From: Betaproteobacteria bacterium
Lineage (GTDB): Bacteria; Pseudomonadota; Gammaproteobacteria; Burkholderiales; Burkholderiaceae_C
Reading direction: 5' to 3'
NCBI GenBank assembly: GCA_031403955.1
Contig: JANNGR010000583.1
Span: 3,865-67,864, forward strand
DNA length: 64,000 bases
Shown: piece after piece, positions 19,333-29,223 of the stretch
Position numbering within the stretch: the stretch's first letter is position 1
Layout of the letters: each line of letters begins with the position of its first letter
Position numbers and translations under genes: made by a program
The notes under the pieces: generated by a model
Database searches by the model: none
The model's input: the letters and a program-made list of their open reading frames with translations, nothing else
What the model was told of the DNA's origin: nothing

Positions 19333-20709
19333 TCAAGCGGCCGTCGCCTGGGTAAACGCAGTGTGCAGAATCGCCACCGTTTCATCAACATGGCTGCGGG
19401 TAAACACCAGGGGTGGCGAGAGGATCAGGCGATTGCCCTGGATCCGCACGATGGCACCCTCGCGGCGCGCAATCGCGACCAAACGCTGGGATGGCACTTC
19501 GGTTGGCATCAGGGGCTGTTTCGTGGAACGGTCCTTGACCAGTTCCAGTGCCGCCATCAGACCCTTGCCACGGATGTCGCCCACCATGGCATAACGGTCG
19601 AATTCGCGCAGCCGTTCCAGCATGTAGGCGCCAACCGCCAGGGCGTTGCCAGCCAGGTCTTCGGCCTGAACAATATCCAGGTTGGCGTTGGCGGCGGCGC
19701 AGGCCAACGGATGGCCCGAGTAGGTGTAGCCATGCATCACGGCGGCCAGTGGGTGCTCGCGTTTCCAGGCGCTTGCCACGCGTTGGTTGACAAGTGTGGC
19801 GCCCAGCGGCACATAACCCGAGTTGATGCCCTTGGCCATGGCCATCATGTCTGGCGCCACACCCCAGGCGCGGGCCCCGCACATGCTGCCGATACGGCCA
19901 AAACCGGTCACCACTTCGTCCGAGATGAGCAAAATGCCGTATTGGTCCAGTATGCGGCGCACACCGGGCCAATACCCCGGCGGCGGTACGATGACACCAC
20001 CGGCCCCCTGTACCGGCTCGGCCAGGAAAGCAGCGATGGTCGAAGGCCCCTGGTACTGGATCGCGCGTTCCAGTTCCGCAAGCGAGAAATTCAGCAACTG
20101 CTCATCGTTGCTGGCGCCCCACGGATTGCGGTAGGCGTAGGGCCCTTCAAGCTGGAAAAAGCCCGGCATCAAAGGCTCGTAGGCGACCCGAAACAAGGGG
20201 TTGCCGTTGGCCGACGCCCCACCGAAGTGAACCCCGTGGTAACCCAGTTTGAGCGACAGGATTTTCACCCGCTCGCCTTGCCCCTCGAGTTTCCAGTACT
20301 GTCGAGCGAGCTTGATCGCGGTTTCCACCGCGTCCGAGCCACCCGAGCTGAACAACACTTTGGCCATGTCTTCGGGCGCGAACATTTTCATCAGCCGACC
20401 GGTGAGTTCGACCGCCGGGGTATTGGACGTATTCACGAAGGTCGAGTAATAGGCCAGCTTGTCGAGTTGCGCAACGATCGCATTCCTGATTTCGGGCCGG
20501 TTGTGCCCGACGTTGACGTTCCACAACGAGGCCACCGTGTCGAGGTATTTCTTACCGGTCGCGTCATAGACATACACCCCGTCGCCGCGTTCGATCAGCA
20601 GCGGTGGATGACGCTCCGGCAGTTTGGGGTCCACCATCGGGTGAAGCATCTGGTGGCCGGGCTGCTGGGCCACGGCGGCTTGTTCGGCGCTGGAGGTTGG
20701 GGCATTCAT
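19333..20709 (-). CDS. Class III PLP aminotransferase (SpuC/omega-amine transaminase-like)
   Basis: 'LDTVASLWNVNVGH', 'SGGSDAVE', 'GYHG', 'AEPVQGAGG', 'DEVVTGFGR', PLP Lys in 'AKGINSGY', 'HGYTYSGHP'. Confidence 0.93.
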   Translation of the reverse strand: MNAPTSSAEQAAVAQQPGHQMLHPMVDPKLPERHPPLLIERGDGVYVYDATGKKYLDTVASLWNVNVGHNRPEIRNAIVAQLDKLAYYSTFVNTSNTPAVELTGRLMKMFAPEDMAKVLFSSGGSDAVETAIKLARQYWKLEGQGERVKILSLKLGYHGVHFGGASANGNPLFRVAYEPLMPGFFQLEGPYAYRNPWGASNDEQLLNFSLAELERAIQYQGPSTIAAFLAEPVQGAGGVIVPPPGYWPGVRRILDQYGILLISDEVVTGFGRIGSMCGARAWGVAPDMMAMAKGINSGYVPLGATLVNQRVASAWKREHPLAAVMHGYTYSGHPLACAAANANLDIVQAEDLAGNALAVGAYMLERLREFDRYAMVGDIRGKGLMAALELVKDRSTKQPLMPTEVPSQRLVAIARREGAIVRIQGNRLILSPPLVFTRSHVDETVAILHTAFTQATAA

Positions 20710-20864
20710 GGTGTCCGGTATTTGAGGCTGCGTGACTGCGATGGTAGGAGCCGCCCGTATCGCGTGGCTAGCAAAAATCGGCAACATTCCGGCGCTAGCA
20801 CTGCTCGTTTTCCCTTACTCAAGGTACGATGGTCATACCCGAATCCGCCCAACCCAGAACTAGC

Positions 20865-21824
20865 ATGTCCGCTGACTGGCAGATCCAACAGATACACACT
20901 TCGGACGTGGACGAACTGTCGATGTCGCTGCCGGGCTGGCACCAGCGTTACACCAAGCTGGCACGCGGCAGATTCAGCGGCGACCTGACGTTGGCGTCGG
21001 GTGATGGCCTGCAGGTCTACCGTGAGCGCACCCAGGGCGTCATTCTGGAAGAGGGCGAAACCGACGGCGATACGATTGGACTGGCAATTCCGGTACGTGC
21101 CAGCGGTGATGCTTTCTCGTTTGGCTCCAAACTGGCGGCTGAGCGCGAGGTGATGGGCTTTTTTTCACCCCGGCGCTTGAACTTGCGTACCCCCGAGAAC
21201 TTTGAACTGCTGGTGGTCAGTGTGCGCAAAGACGTGTTTGCGCGCTTCGACCAAGCGCATCACTTCTCGCCCGCGCCACTTTGGATGCCGGGCCGGGCCG
21301 GCCGCCTGCCGCATTGGATGCGGCAGCAGTTGGTCGAAGCGATTTGCGTCTTGATCAGTTCGCAAACCCGCGAACTTGATCTGCCGCGGGCGAAACTCGC
21401 CCTGCTCGACTGCCTGGCCGAGGCCTGGTTGAAATTTGAATCGGCACCGGTGCGCGGCAAGGTTTTGGTGTGCAAGCAGACGGTTGAGTTGGCGCTGGCT
21501 CGGGTGCAGGAATGGATGCGCGAGCGCGCCGATACGCCGTTGAACGTTGCCGCGTTGTGTGCCGAACTGGGTCTGCCGCGGCGCACGTTGCAGTATTCGT
21601 TTGAACAGGCGCTGGGCATCACGCCATTGCAATACCTAAAGAGCGTGCGGCTGGCTGGAGCCCGGCGTGGTCTGAAGCTTGGCTTGGGGTCGGTGCTGGA
21701 GTCCGGCCTGCAATGGGGATTCGACCACCCAAGCGGGTTTGCGCGCGACTACCAGGCGATGTTTGGAGAGCTTCCGTCACAAACGCTGGAGCGCTCCAAA
21801 CCGGTCCAGCGTGCGCGCCCCTAA
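20865..21824 (+). CDS. AraC-family regulator, EutR-like
   Basis: N-terminal 'WHQRYTKLARGRFSG'; C-terminal double HTH 'LCAELGLPRRTLQYSF...YLKSVRL...WGFDHPSGFARDY..MFGELPSQTL'; divergent from the aminotransferase operon. Confidence 0.9.
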   Translation: MSADWQIQQIHTSDVDELSMSLPGWHQRYTKLARGRFSGDLTLASGDGLQVYRERTQGVILEEGETDGDTIGLAIPVRASGDAFSFGSKLAAEREVMGFFSPRRLNLRTPENFELLVVSVRKDVFARFDQAHHFSPAPLWMPGRAGRLPHWMRQQLVEAICVLISSQTRELDLPRAKLALLDCLAEAWLKFESAPVRGKVLVCKQTVELALARVQEWMRERADTPLNVAALCAELGLPRRTLQYSFEQALGITPLQYLKSVRLAGARRGLKLGLGSVLESGLQWGFDHPSGFARDYQAMFGELPSQTLERSKPVQRARP

Positions 21825-22570
21825 CGTGAGGCGCAGACCGGGCAGTTGGCGTTGCGTGGCACCTGTACCTCGTTCCACTCCATCGAACGTCCATCTAGCA
21901 TCAGCAAACGCCCGGCCAGTGACCGGCCTACACCGGCCAGCAGCTTTAGCGCTTCGGCGGCCTGCATGGCTCCAATAATGCCCACCAGCGGGGCAAACAC
22001 GCCCATGGTGGCGCAACGTGTTTCCTCGAAAGTGGTGTCGGGTGGAAATACGCAGGCGTAACAGGGCGATTTTTCGTCGCCTGTGTCATATACGCTGAGC
22101 TGGGCGTCGAACCGGATCGCCGCGCCCGATACCAATGGTTTGTGGTGTGTGACACACGCCGTGTTGATCACATGCCGGGTGGCGAAGTTGTCGCTGCAGT
22201 CGAGCACCACGTCACAGTGCGGCACCAGTTTCTCCAGCAGCACCGCGTCGGCGCGTTGTTGCAGCGTCGTTACTTGCACATCTGGGTTGATGGCGGTGAC
22301 CGCAGTTCGGGCGGATTCCACCTTGGGAAGGCCGACACGGGCAAGGGTGTGGGCGATCTGGCGCTGCAAATTTGTCAGGTCGACGGTATCGTGATCGACC
22401 AGCGTGATTCGCCCGACACCCGCTGAGCCCAGGTACAGCATTGCCGGAGAACCCAGACCACCGGCACCGATGACCAGGGCATGCGCGCTTGCGATACGCT
22501 GCTGGCCATCAATACCGATTTCATTGAGCAGAATGTGGCGCGAGTAGCGCAGCAGCTGTTCGTCAGTCAT
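21821..22570 (-). CDS. moeB: MoeB/ThiF family adenylyltransferase
   Basis: 'LLRYSRHILL', 'IGAGGLG', 'DLTNLQRQ', 'DCSDNFATR', CxxC motifs; could be thiF. Confidence 0.85.
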   Translation of the reverse strand: MTDEQLLRYSRHILLNEIGIDGQQRIASAHALVIGAGGLGSPAMLYLGSAGVGRITLVDHDTVDLTNLQRQIAHTLARVGLPKVESARTAVTAINPDVQVTTLQQRADAVLLEKLVPHCDVVLDCSDNFATRHVINTACVTHHKPLVSGAAIRFDAQLSVYDTGDEKSPCYACVFPPDTTFEETRCATMGVFAPLVGIIGAMQAAEALKLLAGVGRSLAGRLLMLDGRSMEWNEVQVPRNANCPVCASR

Positions 22571-22606
22571 GGGGCCGCTGTGGCGCCGGTCTTCCGGGGT
22601 CGAGCC

Positions 22607-24043
22607 CTAATTTTCTTTCGGCTCGTCCTTGCGTTCAGCCAGAGTCTTGCTGACCATGACTGGTTGACCTTTGAGTTTGTTGATCGCCTGGAGTAATGGA
22701 AAGTCCTTGTCCGAACCGAATTCCGGCATCCTGCGTTCAGCCACCGGCTTGCGGCTTTCATCTTCCATTTTCTTGCGCGCGTCTTCCCTGGCCTTTTCGC
22801 GTGCCGCGTCTTTCTTCTCTTCACCCTGGCCGCTGTTGAGGTGTTTCTCCAGGTCGGCCTCGCGGGTGCGCAGGGCGGAGAACAGGTTGCCTTCCTCGGT
22901 TTCGTCGATCATCACATCCGGCACGATGCCTTTGGCCTGAATTGACTTTCCGCTGGGTGTGTAATACCGCGCCGTAGTTATTTTTAGCCCGGTGTCGGGT
23001 CCGAGCGGACGCACGGTTTGTACCGAGCCCTTGCCAAAGGTCTGGTTGCCCATGATGGTGGCGCGTTTGTAGTCTTGCAGTGCGCCAGCAACAATCTCGC
23101 TGGCCGAGGCGGAGCCTTCATTGACCAGCACCACCAAAGGAACGTTTTTCAGTGCCGCCGGCAGGCGTTTAAGCGGGTCATTGCCGCTGCGACGCTGGTA
23201 AAACTCCGGTGAAGCCTTGTAGGTGAATTTGCTTTCGGGCAATTGGCCGTTGGTGGAGACCACGTTCACGTTTTCGGGCAGGAACGCCGCTGACACGGCT
23301 ACAGCGGCATCCAGCAGACCACCCGGGTCGTTGCGCAGATCAAGCACCAGACCCTTCAGGTTGGGTTCCTGCTTGTAAATCTCTTCCACCTTGCGCACGA
23401 AATCGTCGACCGTGCGTTCCTGGAACTGACTCAGGCGAATCCAGCCATAACCGGGCTCAATCATTTTGCCGCGCACCGACTGGGTCCGGATTTCCTCGCG
23501 GGTGATGGTCACCGGGAAGGTGCGGTTTTCGTCCTTGCGGTAGATCGTCAAGTTCACTTTGGTGTTGGGTTCGCCACGCATGCGTTTGACAGCCTCGTTG
23601 AGCGACAACCCTTTTACGGCCGTGTCATCAATCCGGGTGATCAGGTCATTGGTCTTAAGGCCGGCGCGAAACGCCGGTGTGCCCTCGATCGGTGTCACGA
23701 CCTTGACCAGCCCGTCTTCCTGCGTAATCTCAATCCCAACGCCCACGAAGCGGCCGGTGGTTCCCTCGCGAAATTCCTTGAACGACTTCTTGTCGAAATA
23801 CTGGGAATGGGGGTCCAGACTGGCGACCATGCCCGAGATGGCGTCGGTGATCAGCTTCTTTTCGTCCACCGGCTCTACGTAGTCACTCTTGACCATGCTG
23901 AAAACAGCCGCCAACTGTTGCAATTCCTCTAGCGGCAATGGCGCCAAAGTGCCGCGCGCGACGGTTTGCAGCGACACGGTGGTCAACGCGCCGGCTACCA
24001 CTCCGAGAGAGATCCAGGCGGCAATTTTCAGTTTCTGGCCCAT
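22607..24043 (-). CDS. ctpA: S41 carboxy-terminal processing protease
   Basis: PDZ domain; 'LDLRNDPGG', 'SASASEIVAGALQD', 'TFGKGSVQ', 'TARYYTPSG'. Confidence 0.93.
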   Translation of the reverse strand: MGQKLKIAAWISLGVVAGALTTVSLQTVARGTLAPLPLEELQQLAAVFSMVKSDYVEPVDEKKLITDAISGMVASLDPHSQYFDKKSFKEFREGTTGRFVGVGIEITQEDGLVKVVTPIEGTPAFRAGLKTNDLITRIDDTAVKGLSLNEAVKRMRGEPNTKVNLTIYRKDENRTFPVTITREEIRTQSVRGKMIEPGYGWIRLSQFQERTVDDFVRKVEEIYKQEPNLKGLVLDLRNDPGGLLDAAVAVSAAFLPENVNVVSTNGQLPESKFTYKASPEFYQRRSGNDPLKRLPAALKNVPLVVLVNEGSASASEIVAGALQDYKRATIMGNQTFGKGSVQTVRPLGPDTGLKITTARYYTPSGKSIQAKGIVPDVMIDETEEGNLFSALRTREADLEKHLNSGQGEEKKDAAREKAREDARKKMEDESRKPVAERRMPEFGSDKDFPLLQAINKLKGQPVMVSKTLAERKDEPKEN

Positions 24044-24157
24044 ATTTGTTCCTATGTTGCTTCAATTCAATATACACCTTGGAGACGCGTGCGGTGCTTC
24101 GGTTCCTGGTGCCCTGGGCGATTTGCGGAAATAGTCGCGCCAAACCTGCGCATTGCT

Positions 24158-24895
24158 TCAGGCCCTGCCTTGTGCCGCCACTGCCGCCGCGGCGGCGGCA
24201 GCGGCATCGCCAAGGTAGTAATGGCGGATTGGCTGCAGGTCGGTGTCTAGCTCATACACCAGCGGCATGCCGTTGGGGATATTGAGGCCAACTATGTCGG
24301 TATCGGAAATCTTGTCCAGATGCTTCACCATGGCCCGGATTGAGTTGCCGTGCGCCGCCACGACAATGCGTTTGCCGGCCCTGATCGCCGCAGCCATCGA
24401 TTCGTTCCAGAACGGCAATACACGGTCAACCGTGTCTTTTAGGCATTCCGTCAGGGGTACCTGGCCGGGTGCAAGGCTGGCATAACGAATGTCCGTACGT
24501 TCCCAGCGCGGGTCCTCCGGCTCCAGAGCCGGCGGTGGTGTGTCATAGCTCCGGCGCCAGATCAACACCTGAGCGGCGCCATATTGTTTGGCCATGTCGG
24601 CCTTGTTCAAACCCTGCAACGCGCCGTAGTGCCTCTCGTTCAGGCGCCAGTCATGGACCACCGGCAACCAGGTCCGGTCCATCTCATCGAGGCAATGCCA
24701 GAGGGTGCGGGTGGCCCGTTTGAGTACGCTGGTGTAAGCGACATCGAACTCGTAGGCGTCCTGGCGCAGCAGACGGCCGGCGGCTTTGGCCTGCTCAATT
24801 CCGGTGCTGGTCAGGTCCACGTCGGTCCAGCCGGTAAAGCGGTTCTCCAGGTTCCAGGTCGATTCACCATGGCGTATCAGGACCAGTTTGTGCAT
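24158..24895 (-). CDS. gpmA: 2,3-BPG-dependent phosphoglycerate mutase
   Basis: '[18 protein letters not shown]', '[11 protein letters not shown]', 'AAHGNSIR'. Confidence 0.96.
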   Translation of the reverse strand: MHKLVLIRHGESTWNLENRFTGWTDVDLTSTGIEQAKAAGRLLRQDAYEFDVAYTSVLKRATRTLWHCLDEMDRTWLPVVHDWRLNERHYGALQGLNKADMAKQYGAAQVLIWRRSYDTPPPALEPEDPRWERTDIRYASLAPGQVPLTECLKDTVDRVLPFWNESMAAAIRAGKRIVVAAHGNSIRAMVKHLDKISDTDIVGLNIPNGMPLVYELDTDLQPIRHYYLGDAAAAAAAAVAAQGRA

Positions 24896-25065
24896 GGTTT
24901 CCATCATGAAAGGCGTGAGCGGCTTGGCAGGGGCGAGCGAATGGCTGGCAATGGCCGTCGGCATAACAGGGGCCAAAACAGCGGCGCGGCACCGCTGCGC
25001 TGGCAGCATTCTAAAATGCCGGGCCGGCGTGCGTGTCGCCGGGCTGCTTACCAACAAGGAACAAC

Positions 25066-25473
25066 GTGAAATTTATTGTCGATAACTGGATGTTGCTGCT
25101 GGTCGCATTGTCTTCCGGTGCCATGTTGTTGTGGCCGGTCGTGCAGGGCGCCACTCACGCGGGGCTGACGCCCTCCGGGGCGGTACAACTTATCAACCGC
25201 GAGAAGGCGGTAGTGGTCGATGTGTGCGAAACCGAAGAGTTTGCCGCCGGCCATGTTGGGGGCGCGAGGAATATTCCGTTGAACCAACTGGAAGAAAAAC
25301 TGCCCACGGCGGTGAAAAACAAGGCGCTACCGCTGATTTTGGTGTGCCAGACCGGGGCACGTTCCGGCCGGGCGCTGGCGATCGCCAAAAAGCTCGGCTA
25401 CGCACAGGCCCAGTCCCTTGGCGGCGGGCTTGGAGCCTGGAAAACCGCCAACCTTCCGATCGAGAAGGCTTGA
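25066..25473 (+). CDS. Rhodanese-like domain protein
   Basis: N-terminal TM; '[13 protein letters not shown]', 'LVCQTG.RS'; sits before grxC-secB. Confidence 0.88.
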   Translation: MKFIVDNWMLLLVALSSGAMLLWPVVQGATHAGLTPSGAVQLINREKAVVVDVCETEEFAAGHVGGARNIPLNQLEEKLPTAVKNKALPLILVCQTGARSGRALAIAKKLGYAQAQSLGGGLGAWKTANLPIEKA

Positions 25474-25559
25474 ATCGTGCCGCGCGCCGGGGCTGGTTGA
25501 TTGCACTGGTGCCGGGCTTGAACAAAATTCGGTCCAGCTTTTAACGAGAAACACCTGCC

Positions 25560-25820
25560 ATGCAAGTCGTGAAAATGTATACCACCGACGGATGTCCGTA
25601 TTGCATCCGCGCCAAACAGATGCTGCAGTCCAGGGGCGTCCAGAGCATCGAGGAAATCCGTGTCGATCTCGACTACGGGCAGCGGATCAAAATGATGGAG
25701 ATCACCGGCCGGCGCACGGTGCCGCAGATTTTCATCGGCCAGACCCATGTGGGCGGCTGTGATGACCTGGTGGACCTGGATGGCCGTGGCGCCCTGGTTC
25801 CATTGCTTGGCGCCGGCTGA
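25560..25820 (+). CDS. grxC: Glutaredoxin 3
   Basis: 'CPYC', 'TVPQIFI', 'GGCDDL'. Confidence 0.95.
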   Translation: MQVVKMYTTDGCPYCIRAKQMLQSRGVQSIEEIRVDLDYGQRIKMMEITGRRTVPQIFIGQTHVGGCDDLVDLDGRGALVPLLGAG

Positions 25821-25935
25821 CCCGTTCGGTCGCTGCGCCTACTGAGATAATTCCCCCGAGCGCAAGCCCGGCTGCCGCGGACACTGCAGCGGCACGGCGC
25901 GGCTTGCCGACCTTTTCCAACCTGAAAGCATTTCC

Positions 25936-26394
25936 ATGGCCGACGAAAACACCCCGATTTTCCAGATTCAACGCGTTTACCTGAAGGAGTCGTCGCTGGA
26001 GCAACCCAATTCGCCCGCAATATTGCTGGAGAAAGAGCAACCGACGGTGGACATTCAGCTTGGCGTTGAAGCCAATGCCGCAGCCGATGGCATCTTCGAG
26101 GTGTGCGTCACCGCGACGGTGCAGACCAAAATCAAGGAAAAAACCGTTTTCCTGGTGGAGGTCAAGCAGGCCGGCATTTTCGAGATCCGCAATGTTGAGG
26201 ACGAGCAAATGAGCCAGATCATGGGTATTGCATGTCCGCAAATTGTTTATCCGTATTTGCGCGCCAACGTGGCGGATTTGATCCAGCGCAGCGGTTTCCC
26301 GCCAGTGCACCTGTCCGAAATCAACTTTCAGGCGATGTACGAACAACAGCGCGCAAAAGCCGCCGCCGACGCACCACGCATCGTGACGCAATAG
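25936..26394 (+). CDS. secB: Protein-export chaperone SecB
   Basis: '[16 protein letters not shown]', 'EVKQAGIF', 'CPQIVYPY.R'. Confidence 0.96.
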   Translation: MADENTPIFQIQRVYLKESSLEQPNSPAILLEKEQPTVDIQLGVEANAAADGIFEVCVTATVQTKIKEKTVFLVEVKQAGIFEIRNVEDEQMSQIMGIACPQIVYPYLRANVADLIQRSGFPPVHLSEINFQAMYEQQRAKAAADAPRIVTQ

Positions 26395-26457
26395 AGACAG
26401 CGCTCAGCGGGTCCAGGCGCTTGGCATGCGGTCGAATTTCCCGCGACAGGAGCGGCC

Positions 26458-27519
26458 ATGAAAATCGCCATTGTTGGTGCCGGTGCTTGGGGAACCGCTC
26501 TGGGAATCAGTGCTTGCCGCAACGCGCTTGCTCAGCACAAAGTTAGCTTGTGGGCGCGCGACCCGCAGCAGGTTCATGACATGCAGGTTCAGCGCGTCAA
26601 CCTGCGTTACCTGCCAGGCATCCCCTTACCCGCGGAGCTGGCGGTTCGCGCGTGGCCGGCGCAAGCCATTGGCAGCGGCGCGCCACACACCGGCGCGGCG
26701 TTGTTATTGGCCGATCAGGACCTGATCGTGGTGGCCACGCCGATGGCGGCATTACGCGCGCTTTTGTGGCAACTGCGCGATTGCACCGTGCCGGTAGCCT
26801 GGTTGTGCAAAGGCTTCGAGGCGGCCTTGCCGGGTGCTCCGGAGTCGATGGAATTGCCACTCGGTCTGCTGGCCCATGAGGTATTGGAGCAGGCCGCCCC
26901 CAATTTGCACGCTGGTGTATTAAGCGGCCCGAGCTTCGCGCAAGAGGTAGCAAAGGGCCAGCCGAGCGCATTGGTGGCTGCAAGCGCCGTGCCGGCGGTG
27001 CGCGCGAGCCTGGTGCAGGCCTTTCACAGTCCCAGCTTGCGGGTTTATGCCAGTGATGATGTGGTGGGGGTGGAAGTGGGTGGGGCGGTCAAGAACGTGT
27101 TGGCGATTGCCACCGGCCTGTGCGACGGTTTGCAGCTCGGGCTGAACGCCCGCGCCGCGTTGATTACGCGCGGCCTGCATGAGATGACGCGGCTGGGGGT
27201 AACACTCGGTGCCCGGCCGGAAACCTTTATGGGTTTGAGTGGGCTGGGAGACCTGGTGCTCACCGCCACCGGTGACTTGTCGCGCAACCGCAAGGTCGGG
27301 TTGGCGCTGGCGCAGGGCCAGACGCTGGGGCAAGTGGTGCAGTCGCTGGGCCACGTTGCTGAAGGCGTCTATTGCGCCCACACCGTGGTTCAACGCGCCC
27401 GGCGCCTGGCGGTCGATATGCCGATTTCCGTTGCCGTGGAGGCATTGCTGGACGCCCGCCTGAGCCCTGCCCAGGCGCTGGCGGCGCTGATGGGTCGCGA
27501 GTCGCGCGACGAGTCGTAG
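26458..27519 (+). CDS. gpsA: NAD(P)H-dependent glycerol-3-phosphate dehydrogenase
   Basis: 'GAGAWGTAL', 'SGPSFAQEV', '[11 protein letters not shown]', 'GLGDLVLT', 'SRNR'. Confidence 0.96.
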   Translation: MKIAIVGAGAWGTALGISACRNALAQHKVSLWARDPQQVHDMQVQRVNLRYLPGIPLPAELAVRAWPAQAIGSGAPHTGAALLLADQDLIVVATPMAALRALLWQLRDCTVPVAWLCKGFEAALPGAPESMELPLGLLAHEVLEQAAPNLHAGVLSGPSFAQEVAKGQPSALVAASAVPAVRASLVQAFHSPSLRVYASDDVVGVEVGGAVKNVLAIATGLCDGLQLGLNARAALITRGLHEMTRLGVTLGARPETFMGLSGLGDLVLTATGDLSRNRKVGLALAQGQTLGQVVQSLGHVAEGVYCAHTVVQRARRLAVDMPISVAVEALLDARLSPAQALAALMGRESRDES

Positions 27520-27529
27520 GCCGCTCAGT

Positions 27530-28393
27530 TCAGGTCAGGGTGTATGCCAGGCGCACATAAATCGGCGCAAACGACTCCGCCTGGGTGATCTCGATCAGGG
27601 TTTCCTTGGCCAGTTCCAGCAGCGCCAGAAAAGTCACGACCAGTACCTGCGAACCTTTGGACCGATCGAACAGGTTTTCGAATTCGACGAATTTGTGGCC
27701 TTGCAAAAGGCGCAAAACCATGCTCATGTGCTCGCGCACCGACAGTTGCTCGCGTGTGATGTGGTGGTTCTGGATCAGCCGGGCGCGCTTCAGAATGTCT
27801 TGCCATGCCTGCTGCAAATCCAGCACGTTGACATCCGGGAAACGCGGCTGCATCGATTGCTCGATCACGACCTGCGCCTTGAGAAAGTCCCGGCCGCTTA
27901 GCGGCATCGCGTTCAGGGCGGCCGCGGCCAGCTTGGTTTGTTCGTACTCGAGCAAGCGGCGCACCAGCGCGGCCCGCGGGTCTTCGGCCTCCTGGCCCTC
28001 GGCCAGCTTGCGTGGCGGCAACAACATGCGCGACTTGATTTCAATCAACATCGCAGCCATCAGCAGGTATTCAGCTGCCAACTCCAGATTGCGTCCGCGA
28101 ATTTCCTCCACGTAGACCAGGTACTGGCGCGTGACGCCGGCCATGGGTATGTCCAGGATATTGAAGTTCTGCTTGCGAATCAGGTACAGCAGCAGGTCCA
28201 GCGGGCCTTCGAACGCCTCCAGGAATACCTCCAGCGCATCCGGCGGTATGTAGAGATCCAGTGGCATCGAGAACAGCGGCTCGCCGTACAGCCGCGCCAA
28301 CGCGACCTGGTCCACCACCTGCGGCATACCCGCGTTATCTGCCGTATCGGCAAGCAGCGATGTCGCCGCGACCGGTATCGAAAGTTCTGCCAA
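27530..28393 (-). CDS. scpA: Segregation and condensation protein A
   Basis: 'FEGPLDLLLYLIRK', 'AAEYLLMAA.LIEIKSR.LLP', 'TFLALLEL'. Confidence 0.93.
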   Translation of the reverse strand: MAELSIPVAATSLLADTADNAGMPQVVDQVALARLYGEPLFSMPLDLYIPPDALEVFLEAFEGPLDLLLYLIRKQNFNILDIPMAGVTRQYLVYVEEIRGRNLELAAEYLLMAAMLIEIKSRMLLPPRKLAEGQEAEDPRAALVRRLLEYEQTKLAAAALNAMPLSGRDFLKAQVVIEQSMQPRFPDVNVLDLQQAWQDILKRARLIQNHHITREQLSVREHMSMVLRLLQGHKFVEFENLFDRSKGSQVLVVTFLALLELAKETLIEITQAESFAPIYVRLAYTLT

Positions 28394-28402
28394 GAGGGTC
28401 AG

Positions 28403-28609
28403 CTACTTGGGGCCGGTCTGGTAGACGTACGGCTTTTGCGGGTCGTCAGCGGCGCGGTATTCGCGCCAGGCGATGCGGTCCACGGCCTTGTCCCACAACA
28501 ACTCTCGCCCCTGACGTTGCTGCGCCTCCAGTTCGGGATTGTTGCGTTTTAGCTCGGTGATGAACTGGGTGATCTCGGACTCGTAGTCCGGGCGGCGAAA
28601 TATGGACAT
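28403..28609 (-). CDS. DUF3460 family protein
   Basis: 'YESEITQFI..LK..NPELE..QRQGR.LLWDK...PYVY'. Confidence 0.85.
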   Translation of the reverse strand: MSIFRRPDYESEITQFITELKRNNPELEAQQRQGRELLWDKAVDRIAWREYRAADDPQKPYVYQTGPK

Positions 28610-28647
28610 AGACTTGAACCTCTGGCATGAATTTTACAGGGGTGCCG

Positions 28648-29154
28648 ATGGTCAATCGTTTTATTCGGGTCGGCCTGTTCACCGCGCTGCTGGCAATGGC
28701 TGCCTGCGACCCGCAGAGGATCAGTGCGCTTGAGGAAGGTCTGGCGAGCGAAGCCGACGTACGGGCGCGTTTTGGCGAACCCGAGAAAATATGGGACGCT
28801 CCCAATGGAGGTCGTACGTTCGAGTACAACCGGCAGCCGGCCGGGGCCAAGAACTACATGATCACGATTGGCGCGGACGGCAAGATGAGTGCGCTGCGCC
28901 AGGTATTGACGCCGCAAAACTTTGCCAAAGTGGTGCCGGGAATGATGATGGAGGACCTGCGCCGGCTGCTCGGAAAACCGATGCGCGTCACGACGTTTGC
29001 GCTCAAGAATCAAACCCACTACGACTGGCGTTATCTGGACGGCGTCAATGCGTCGGACGCAAAAATATTCACTGCTGTGCTGGATGCAGACCTGCGGGTT
29101 GTGTCGACCAATTCGACCAGTGATCCGGACGCCGACAAAAGCAATCGGCGTTGA
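28648..29154 (+). CDS. Lipoprotein with two SmpA/BamE-like repeats
   Basis: Lipobox 'LAMAAC'; two 'V..GM...D.RR.LGKP'-like units; alternative start at 28627. Confidence 0.75.
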   Translation: MVNRFIRVGLFTALLAMAACDPQRISALEEGLASEADVRARFGEPEKIWDAPNGGRTFEYNRQPAGAKNYMITIGADGKMSALRQVLTPQNFAKVVPGMMMEDLRRLLGKPMRVTTFALKNQTHYDWRYLDGVNASDAKIFTAVLDADLRVVSTNSTSDPDADKSNRR

Positions 29155-29223
29155 TATTTCGTGGTACTTCGGTCCCTTACACTCGAACGATGATTGGCTC
29201 ACTTCAGGCGCAACGCGAGACAT

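Noticed and set aside
24158-24210. Ala-rich GCN run at the gpmA C-terminus as a contingency repeat
   Set aside because: An Ala-rich tail is normal for this enzyme and the codons are mixed, not a perfect repeat.
27530-28393. scpA without adjacent scpB as an anomaly
   Set aside because: scpA and scpB are often unlinked in betaproteobacteria; absence from one window is uninformative.
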